Shown here: positions 52,911 to 61,900 of the stretch, piece by piece
Position numbering within the stretch: position 1 is the first letter of the stretch
Layout of the letters: the number at the start of each line of letters is the position of its first letter
Source of the DNA: a virus
Lineage: Duplodnaviria; Caudoviricetes
Virus record (IMG/VR): IMGVR_UViG_3300021387_000072
Location: 32,001 to 96,000 of that record
DNA: 64,000 nucleotides
Strand: one strand, 5' to 3'
The notes under the pieces: model-generated
Seen by the model: only the letters and a program-made list of their open reading frames with translations
Told to the model about the DNA's origin: nothing
Databases searched by the model: none
Program-made: the position numbers and the translations under genes

Positions 52911-55900
52911 ATGAAGATGTATGTTCCAGTATATTATCCATACCATTGTCATTCTGTTATATCAAATATGTTCACACAAAAGGATTCACCTGCCTTCATA
53001 AAGGATTATGCTGTAGCCATGAAGGAAAGACACATACCAGTACTGTGTCTTACAGAGCATGGTAACCGGAGCGATATATATCAGCAGGCTGATCTGTGTG
53101 AAAAATACAGTGATAATGATTTTAAGATGAAACCAATAGCCGGTGCGGAATGTTACTTCGTACCGGACAGGAATCCAGAACTAGCGGATGGACGAAACTT
53201 CCATCTCATAGTTATTGCAAAAGATAATGAAGGCTTGAGGCAACTCAACTTCATGCTGTCAGAGGCGAATTACTCAGGCTTCTATAGAAAGGCAAGAGTA
53301 GATTTCGATCTGCTTTCAAAGCTCGATTATAACAGATTCATCGTTACTACTGCATGTGTTGGCGGTCCACTGAGAGACGAAGAGAACGGATTGAAGTATT
53401 GCTTTACACTTCATGAGATGTTTAAAGAAAACTTCTATCTGGAAATTCAGCATCATCCGCAAAAAATTCAGCTGCAGCACAACGAAAAGATTCTTAAGAT
53501 ATATCAGAAATATAAATGGCCTTTGATCTATGCAACCGACAGCCATTACATAAACAGGGAAGATAAAATACTCAGACAGGAACTTCTCTGGTCAAGGACC
53601 AGGGGCGAGGATGAGACATCCGATGATGATTTTGATTTGTTCCTTCCTACTTCAGAAGAAGCTTATCAGATGATGCTGGATCAGAACATCTTCAGCAAGG
53701 CACAGATACAGGAAGCTTTTGAGAACACTTTGGTGCTTGGTACTTTCAGTGGAATAACACTCGACAAGTCCAGAAAGTTTCCAATTTCGAGACAAAACCT
53801 TACTAAGGAACAGAGAAATTACCTATACCAGAAGATGGTATGCGACGGATACATCGAGCAAGCAGGAATGCCGACACCGGAAGAGGCGGCAGAACTGCGT
53901 CGCGAGATGAATACTGTTCTCAAAACAGACAGTGCTGATTACTTTATCAGCCTGTACGATATGCTTGAGCTTGGCAAAAAGAAAGGCGGCATCGTGACGC
54001 AGACTTCAAGGGGAAGTGCTGCGTCCTATGCCACATCCTATGGCCTGAAGTTTACGGCTATCAACAGGCTCAGATGTCCTGTAAAAATGTATCCTGAACG
54101 CTTTGTTTCAGAGGATAAGCTGAGAGTTGCCTTCCCGGATATAGACTCAAACATCTGTAACCTTGAGGCATTTGAGAGTGCAGGTAAGGAAATCTTCGGA
54201 GAGTATGGCTGTCTCCCTATGATAGCACTGAATACTTTGAAATCTCTTTCAGCATTTAAGATGCTGGCGAAGGTAAAAAACATAGACTTTGCAACTGCAA
54301 ATGAAATTTCAAAAGAGCTTAGTGCATATGAACTTGACATGAAACATGCCATAGAAAATAACTCTGATGATCCTGATTATGATGTAAATGATGATGTTCA
54401 ACTGGAGAACTATGTGGACGAGAAATATCTCAGCCTCATAGATGAAAGCAAACAGTTTAAGAATATCGTAACCAGTGTTGCGCCTCATCCGTGTGCGCAT
54501 CTGGTGTATCATAAGGATCTCAGATCAGAGATTGGCATTATCAGACTCAAGCCAAAGCCCGGTTCCAAGGAACCAACCTATTGCGTTTATATAGACGGTG
54601 CCACAGCTGACGCACAGCTGTATGTAAAAAGTGACCTGCTCCGTGTTGATGTTGTTGAGATTATCAATAACGTATTCAAACGTGTTGGCATGAACACTCT
54701 TTCTCCTCAACAGCTTCTTGAAGAAGTGGATAAGCATCCAGAGGTATATGATATATATGCCAATGGATTTACTCAGTCGGTTAATCAGTTTGAAAAACAG
54801 AAAACCACTGAGAAAGCCATGCAGTTCAAGCCAAAGAACACCGTCGAACTTGCCGCTTTTGTTGCGGCAATTCGACCGGGTGCCAAGAGTCTTGTGAACG
54901 ATTTCGTTTCAAGGACTGTGCATACATATGGTATCCCGGCTATGGATGACATGCTGAGAATGAACGGAACGACTGGCAATACCGCCAAGAGTTCATTTCT
55001 GTTCTACGATGAACAGATTCTTCAGCTTGCACAGGCAGCTGGCATTGACCCGGCTGAAGCATACCTTCTTATAAAGGCAATCAAGAAAAAGAAGCCAGAG
55101 AAAGTGGCTTCATATAAAGAACAGTTTATACCAGGTTTCAGAGAATATCTCATAAAGAAACAGAATGTAGACGGCACGCTTGCAGAGAAGACTGCAGAAG
55201 ATGTATGGACAGTTATAATCAATAGCGCTAGCTACCTCTTCTGTAGTAGTCACGCATATGCTTATGCTATAGACGGACTATATTGCGCTTATGAGAAGAC
55301 CATGTATCCGTATGAGTTCTATGCAACAATCCTTAAGCTGTACACTGACAAAGGTAAAAAGGAAAAGGTATCTCTGATCATTGATGAAATGAAGAGATAT
55401 AAAGGCATAGAATTAAAACCTGCAAGGTTTGGGCATAACAATTCTGACTGGTATATAGATAAGGAAAACCATACCATATCCCAGAGTCTGGCATCAGTAA
55501 AAGGTATAGGCCAGAATGTTTCTGATGACTTGAACGTCATGAAGGATATGCACTTCGATACGTTTGTGGATCTTCTGTACTATGTTCTTATGAACACCAG
55601 TATTAAGAAGAATCAGATAGATATTCTGATACGTATCGGATACTTCTCACAGTTCGGAGAAGAACAGAAACTATTGACTATTGCTGCAGAGTTCCGTGAA
55701 GGAACAAACAGGATCACGAAAAGCACAAAGTCTTTCGAGAAAAGACTGGCGCTGCTTCGGCAGACTGAGGCTGATACACCAAATGAAAAGCTGCCTATTT
55801 ACGAAACACTTCAGGATGAGAATGAGTTACTGGGTCTGTGTTTCTCCTACGATGCAGACACGGCAAACAATATCTACATCGTTGAAGATGTTGACGATAA

Positions 55901-56144
55901 ATACAGCATAAACGTAGAGATATATTCCATCCAGAGAGGTACTTCAGGTTCCATGCGGATCAACAGGAAGACGTATGAACAGAAGAAACTTGAACCTGGA
56001 TGTATCTTTTCTCTGAACAGATGGAAGAAACAGCCTAAGATGAAATATGTAAACGGCAAGAGAATACCGACAGGAACAGATGAAATTATTCTTCTTGATT
56101 ACAATGTACTTAAGCCGTCTAAATATGCAAGGGCAAAGGAATAA
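52911..56144 (+). CDS. dnaE: DNA polymerase III alpha subunit (family C)
   Basis: PHP domain HCHS/TEHG/DSHY, RGSAA, catalytic PDIDSN, KSDLL and YLF..SHAYAY motifs. Confidence 0.92.
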   Translation: MKMYVPVYYPYHCHSVISNMFTQKDSPAFIKDYAVAMKERHIPVLCLTEHGNRSDIYQQADLCEKYSDNDFKMKPIAGAECYFVPDRNPELADGRNFHLIVIAKDNEGLRQLNFMLSEANYSGFYRKARVDFDLLSKLDYNRFIVTTACVGGPLRDEENGLKYCFTLHEMFKENFYLEIQHHPQKIQLQHNEKILKIYQKYKWPLIYATDSHYINREDKILRQELLWSRTRGEDETSDDDFDLFLPTSEEAYQMMLDQNIFSKAQIQEAFENTLVLGTFSGITLDKSRKFPISRQNLTKEQRNYLYQKMVCDGYIEQAGMPTPEEAAELRREMNTVLKTDSADYFISLYDMLELGKKKGGIVTQTSRGSAASYATSYGLKFTAINRLRCPVKMYPERFVSEDKLRVAFPDIDSNICNLEAFESAGKEIFGEYGCLPMIALNTLKSLSAFKMLAKVKNIDFATANEISKELSAYELDMKHAIENNSDDPDYDVNDDVQLENYVDEKYLSLIDESKQFKNIVTSVAPHPCAHLVYHKDLRSEIGIIRLKPKPGSKEPTYCVYIDGATADAQLYVKSDLLRVDVVEIINNVFKRVGMNTLSPQQLLEEVDKHPEVYDIYANGFTQSVNQFEKQKTTEKAMQFKPKNTVELAAFVAAIRPGAKSLVNDFVSRTVHTYGIPAMDDMLRMNGTTGNTAKSSFLFYDEQILQLAQAAGIDPAEAYLLIKAIKKKKPEKVASYKEQFIPGFREYLIKKQNVDGTLAEKTAEDVWTVIINSASYLFCSSHAYAYAIDGLYCAYEKTMYPYEFYATILKLYTDKGKKEKVSLIIDEMKRYKGIELKPARFGHNNSDWYIDKENHTISQSLASVKGIGQNVSDDLNVMKDMHFDTFVDLLYYVLMNTSIKKNQIDILIRIGYFSQFGEEQKLLTIAAEFREGTNRITKSTKSFEKRLALLRQTEADTPNEKLPIYETLQDENELLGLCFSYDADTANNIYIVEDVDDKYSINVEIYSIQRGTSGSMRINRKTYEQKKLEPGCIFSLNRWKKQPKMKYVNGKRIPTGTDEIILLDYNVLKPSKYARAKE

Positions 56145-56244
56145 TTCTGCAGTAATATATATCCTCACAGACAGGCGGCGCGACAGCAAAGCGCCAGCCT
56201 GTCTGTGATTCAAAAGAAATAAGAATAACAGGAGGTGGTATTTT

Positions 56245-56601
56245 ATGTATCAAATACCACTTAGATTCATTAACGTATCTGATGATGTCGCCATCTGTGC
56301 TACAAGAATCGTAGCCATGATGAGTACACATGCACATCAGGCCAGAGCGCTCACATCCAAAGAAAGACAGGCAGGTACGTTAATCAATGCTTGTGGCAAT
56401 AAGAAGCAGGAAACTACGATCATCATGGATAACGGAGCAGTTGTTTCATCTCCGCTTTCTATAGCACGACTGCAGACTGCTATACGGAAAGAAGAAACCA
56501 AGGAACCGAAAAGGAAAAGCTCCAAGAGAATGACTATCTATGATGTTTATGACGAAGAAAAAGACACAGAAGAGGAACTCAAAGGGACTGATGAAGTATG
56601 A
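56245..56601 (+). CDS. RemA/DUF370-like DNA-binding regulator
   Basis: FINV......RIVAMMS....ARAL......GTLINAC..K...TIIMDNG.VVSS aligns by eye with the RemA pattern. Confidence 0.65.
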   Translation: MYQIPLRFINVSDDVAICATRIVAMMSTHAHQARALTSKERQAGTLINACGNKKQETTIIMDNGAVVSSPLSIARLQTAIRKEETKEPKRKSSKRMTIYDVYDEEKDTEEELKGTDEV

Positions 56602-56729
56602 CAATCAAATATTACACTGGTTCCGAGTGGAAGGAAGTTGAAGTGTACTACTTTGACGGTTCCCAGTGGGTTCAGTGTTCTGTTTATTATTTCGACGGAA
56701 CTCAGTTCGTAGCATGTTCCTTCTCATAA
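56598..56729 (+). CDS. 43-aa protein made of three YY(F)(D)G.xW/F repeats, not in the ORF track
   Basis: ATGA overlap with the upstream gene; MTIKYYTGSEWKEVEVYYFDGSQWVQCSVYYFDGTQFVACSFS. Confidence 0.6.
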   Translation: MTIKYYTGSEWKEVEVYYFDGSQWVQCSVYYFDGTQFVACSFS

Positions 56730-56742
56730 GGAGGAATAGTCT

Positions 56743-57675
56743 ATGAAAAATGAATATGTAGATGTTCAACTTGGAAGTCCTGAAACAGAACGTATTGTGA
56801 ATGGAATCTATCAGTATGATAAAGGTCTTAAGCTCCGTTTGTCCGGTCTTGATGTGGCAAGAGTAGTGCAGATGCAGTTCTCTGTGGACGGTATGAAAGA
56901 AACATTGACCGCTGTTGCATATAAAGTAGAGGATAAATGGGTTGCACCGATTCCGAATGAAGCACTTTCCCGTGGCAGAAATGTGCACTGCTATGTGTAC
57001 ATCACAGACTCAGCCACCGGTATCACCATCTATCATATTGTGCTGGCTGTTACACGAAGACCAAAGCCTGATGCATATGATACAACTTTCGATTATACAT
57101 TTCCGTCTCTTGAAATGTATGCCGGTGATACAACGACATGGGATATCTCTCTGTATTCTGAGAGAAATGTAACCTTCACACCGGCTCAGCTTCATGCATT
57201 CACATTTACACTGACAATCGTGGACGCAAACAGTGTTGAATCCGCAGAAGATATCAGTACTGTGACTCCGGTTATCCAGAAGACTGGCGAGCTGCTTTCA
57301 AATAATGACGCAACTCTGAGATTTACATTTGAATACGCTGATACAATCAATCTCAGTGGAGAATATATCTATCAGATTGAAATGAAATCACAGAAGTATT
57401 GCAAAGCGCAACAGGGAAGACTGACAATACGTCCGAACTACAATCAGGAATCTAAACCAAAAGATCTTGACGAAGATCCTGCGCCCCTTCCAGATGCTCC
57501 AGGAGAAAACAGTGGTTCTGGTACAACAGATGGAGACAGTACAGGAAGTGGTACAAATGATCATGTGCAAGAAGGATTCAATGATAATACAACTTCTGGA
57601 GACGTAACAGAAGATAATACAGGCAGCAATACACCAGGCGCTGAAAGCGGATACTTTGACGAGGGAGGTGGCTGA
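56743..57675 (+). CDS. Baseplate-upper (BppU N-terminal-like) virion protein
   Basis: YQYDKGLKLR...IPNEAL...V..RPKP pattern, a second Ig-like domain and an acidic tail. Confidence 0.55.
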   Translation: MKNEYVDVQLGSPETERIVNGIYQYDKGLKLRLSGLDVARVVQMQFSVDGMKETLTAVAYKVEDKWVAPIPNEALSRGRNVHCYVYITDSATGITIYHIVLAVTRRPKPDAYDTTFDYTFPSLEMYAGDTTTWDISLYSERNVTFTPAQLHAFTFTLTIVDANSVESAEDISTVTPVIQKTGELLSNNDATLRFTFEYADTINLSGEYIYQIEMKSQKYCKAQQGRLTIRPNYNQESKPKDLDEDPAPLPDAPGENSGSGTTDGDSTGSGTNDHVQEGFNDNTTSGDVTEDNTGSNTPGAESGYFDEGGG

Positions 57676-57677
57676 TT

Positions 57678-58097
57678 ATGAATTCACCTTATTGGCTAAA
57701 TAAAATAGTAGAAGATGTTTATCATAATTCAGATACACAATTCTATATTGGTCTGTCTTCCGAAGTCACAGTGGATGGTTCCAACATTACGGTCAATGAA
57801 CCGACATCCGGTACAGGCTATGAAAGAATTCATATTACAGACTTTACACATGCTGTGAATGCAACCATTTCAAACGCAAGTGATATTGTGTTTCCTGAAA
57901 GTATTAATTCATGGTGGTCTGGTCAGAAGCAGGCAGCTTACTGGGTTCTTTTTGATGGAGCGGGATCCACTGCACATATACTTTCATTCGGAAGACTGGA
58001 CACACCGCACTATGTGGAAAGAAATACTGTTCTTATGATACCATCAGGACTTCTTGCAGTTACACTTATGGATTACGATCCTAATCTGGAAGTGTGA
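57678..58097 (+). CDS. Tail/fibre-associated structural protein
   Basis: YIGLS...EP...GYER...N..DIVFP....W.....FD pattern of phage tail proteins. Confidence 0.55.
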   Translation: MNSPYWLNKIVEDVYHNSDTQFYIGLSSEVTVDGSNITVNEPTSGTGYERIHITDFTHAVNATISNASDIVFPESINSWWSGQKQAAYWVLFDGAGSTAHILSFGRLDTPHYVERNTVLMIPSGLLAVTLMDYDPNLEV

Positions 58098-58954
58098 TCG
58101 ACATGAAAATACTGACATCATTTAACTACGACAATCAGGCAATCAATATACCTTTTGTCGTTGTCGGCGATCAGGAAGAAGCCGACAAACGACAATTCAG
58201 TTTTGCGATAGCTGATGATGAACTGACTCCTACTAATATTCGTTACAGCTATCCGTATGACAACTACGAACAATTCAGATCTGTATTAACAAATTACTAT
58301 GATAAGATGATCCTTCAGCTGCTGGTTAAACCAATGCTTCTGAAGAGCGATATAACAGAATACTATACCATTGATCATATTGATCCGGTGTCTCTCACAG
58401 AACTTGATGCAAAGACACTGAAAGGCATTTCGGATGCCGTCAGAAAGTCTGCATGGACAGATGCCGAAGATGATTCAATGTCTATATACAGTAAAGTGGA
58501 GTCGATTAAAAAGATACTGTATGCGTATCCAAAACTCTACAAAGGCTGGTGGTCCCTGGTTGGATCACTGGACCCGCACAATCTTTTTGCATTCTATAAT
58601 AAGAAACTGTCAGACTACACACAGGGTATTGCCTCTGCTATTGCCATACAAAACACAGATAATGTTCAACATAAAATGTATTTCGTGGACTCCTACCCAC
58701 TGTACATATATGACTATCTGGCTTTGGATGGCTACAGTGACAAGCCTATACCTATGTATGATGAAAACATGCTTGTCATTATGGATACCTCAGAGATTGG
58801 CGCAGATATGATATACGGCAACATAGATGCCATGAAACTCGGAGACTTTGTAACTCTGGTTGAATGGTATCAGTCACCGCATATATCTGAATATGAGGAT
58901 ACGGCATTACAGAATGTAGATGAAATACTCCTTAAAGATTTTGTTGATACATAA
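58094..58954 (+). CDS. Hypothetical virion-associated protein
   Basis: Acidic 286-aa ORF coupled to its neighbours. Confidence 0.55.
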   Translation: MIDMKILTSFNYDNQAINIPFVVVGDQEEADKRQFSFAIADDELTPTNIRYSYPYDNYEQFRSVLTNYYDKMILQLLVKPMLLKSDITEYYTIDHIDPVSLTELDAKTLKGISDAVRKSAWTDAEDDSMSIYSKVESIKKILYAYPKLYKGWWSLVGSLDPHNLFAFYNKKLSDYTQGIASAIAIQNTDNVQHKMYFVDSYPLYIYDYLALDGYSDKPIPMYDENMLVIMDTSEIGADMIYGNIDAMKLGDFVTLVEWYQSPHISEYEDTALQNVDEILLKDFVDT

Positions 58955-58981
58955 AACAAAATATAAAGGGGCGGTTCATAA

Positions 58982-61900
58982 ATGCCTTCACAGACTACAA
59001 ATTATGAGTTACCGCTCGTGCCTAGAGACGAGAAGGTAATGACTTTTCTGGAGTGGAGAACACTTGTGAATGGTACGGACAGCAGTTCTGCCATGAATAA
59101 GATAGACTCTGCTCTGAAAACATTGAGCGATCAGGTCAGCGGCGGTGCTGCTGGCATTTCATATAACGCTACAAACGGAACTCTTTCGCTTATATCAAGT
59201 ACAGGTTCCTCAATCGGTCAGGCTATTACGCTTGACGTATATACACGGAGTCAGATTGAAGCAAAGATATCAGGATTCAAATCTGAATCTCAGATCAATG
59301 ACCTGATTACTACAAAGCTTACCGGTGGTACAGATAAATACATGAAGGAAAGCGACGTTACCAACGCAATCATTGATCGTGTTGCCGGTGATGAAGGCTA
59401 TCTGAAGGACTACTACAATAAAGAAGAAGTCCAGCAGATGGTAAACAATGTGGATATATCTGGCAGGCTTCAGAACTATGCTACAAAAGACAGTGTGTAT
59501 ACCAAGGATCAGACATACACAAAGCAGGAAGTAGATAACAAGATTGCCTCCAGCTCCGGGCCTGAAGTTGATCTCAGCGATTACTATACAAAGAGTCAGA
59601 CAGACACGCAGATCAGCAACGCTGTTACGACTGCCAAGAGTGATTATTATACGAAGAATCAGGTAGACGGTCTTCTCAGCAATGTATCTGTTGACCTGTC
59701 AACACTTGCTGATAACACAGCTATCGGTATGGATGGCGCAAGAACCATCAGGGAAATGAATACTGATATTCTTACACTCCAGAGCAGCATGAGTTCTGCA
59801 GTTATCGATGTAGACAGCTCTCCGAATCCTGAAGACACAGCCAAGACTGATATCACTTTCACAATGGGTGATGAGTCTACTAAGACAATCACAATTGCAG
59901 GTGGCGGTGGAGGCGGTGGTGGTTCAACCTACGCCATGCTTGTTACCAATCAGTATCCCACCGGTTCAAGGAGAATCACAGCTGTTTCAGGTCAGACTGT
60001 TGTTCTTCCGTTTAACTTCAGGGTGTTTTTCAATGGCACTGAGATGTCTCAGGGCGAGGAAGAAGCAGTAATGACTGCGCAGTACCGCATTGGCAATGGC
60101 GCATGGTATACCTTCATTGAAGATGAAACCGTAACCAACGGTAATACCATCAGCCGGGATGTATCAAGATATCTGCGCGGCGGCAACGTCACATCCGTAC
60201 AGTTCTCACTCACTCTTTCCAGCGATAATACCATCGTAAGAACAATCCAGTATGACATCACCTGTCTTGAGATCAGCATGAACTCTTCTTATACTTCCGG
60301 ATCTATGTATACGTCAGACTTTAACATCCCGTTTACATGCATCGGCAGAGGTATTCAGAAGACACTGCATGTTGTCGTTGACGGCAATACCGGCAATGAA
60401 AAGACTGTAAATCTGGGGACTTCCAGCGGTGAGGAACTGACATACAAGGTGGAAGCATCAGCATTCAACCTGACATACGGTGCACACGTCATCGAAATGT
60501 ACTTCATGGCTACTGATGTTGACCTTCCTTCCAATACGCTGAAGTATATCTTCTTCTATAATGATGGCAGCTCCACCAATACAATGATTGGCGCTTATCT
60601 TGAGAACACCAACGTTACCTATGGTGATGTGCTTACCATCAATTATATCGTCAACAACCCACAGGGTGAGGGTGTTGACTCAATCACGTTTGATACAGGA
60701 TATCTGGACGCTAACAACAACTTCGTTATCACAGAAGAATATGTGGAAAATAACGTAGCCAATTTTGTTATGTCCACCAAGCAGTTGCTTGATTATCCTG
60801 AATCAGGCAACTGCCTTGTGGACATCAAGTGCTATGTTGGTGGTGTTGTCACAAGGAATATCTCTCTCAGTTTCTTCGTTACAAAGTCCGCTGTATCCTA
60901 CAACCAGATCAATACGGACCTCATCTATGTCTACAAAGCAAACGGAAGATCCAACAACAGTAACGATAAGGAACGCTACATCTACAAGATAGATGACAAC
61001 GATAACAAGAAGATCTATACCACATTCGATAACTTCAACTGGGCATCTGATGGTTACTCTGAAACCAATACACTGGTTCTGAGAGACCAGGCCAGAATGA
61101 ATATCTATCTGCCTGTGCTGAAGTCATCCGGTTCCAATAGGGCATCGCTGTTCGGTGAATCTTCTGATACGATTGTTCAGTTCGACAGTAAGCAGAATGC
61201 TGTCATGACTGACGTTGGCAGAACCATTGAGTTTGATCTCAATATGATGGACGTTGTGGATCAGAACACAGCTGTTGTGGAATACTCTGATGCCAACTCA
61301 GGTGCAAGCTTTAAGATCACACCTCAGATGTGCTACATGCTGGCCCGTGGTCAGTCTATCAATCTGGATGAGACAGGCTTCATTCTCAACGAAGAAACCG
61401 TTGCCTGTGCATATCTGAAAGATAACAAACGTTTGCGTATTTCCTTCGTTATCGAACCTGTAAAGACTTCCACCTATACAGATACCAACGGAACTGAACG
61501 TACCATTGAAGTTCAGTGCGTTAATATCTATATCAATGGCGCATATGCCAAGTCTTACAGGTACAATTCTTCTCTGAACTATGACTCCAACTATTCTACG
61601 AAGGATGACTGCATCATTAAGATCGGCTCCAGCGATTGTACGACAAAGCTGTATGAAGTCCGCATCTATAACAAGGCTCTGCCTTACCGTGGCATTCTTC
61701 AGAACTATATGAATGCACCTATTTCTATGGCTGACAGGCGTGAAAACAATATCGCCAATGATTTCCTGGAAAGCGAAAGCTTTGACGTATCTTATGCCAA
61801 GGCAGTGTATCAGTATCCTTGTCTGCTTCACATCGGTGAATTCTCTCCATCCAAGTCGGATGAAAAAAAGTGCGGCTGGGTTTTGACAAAGCCTGTGCTT

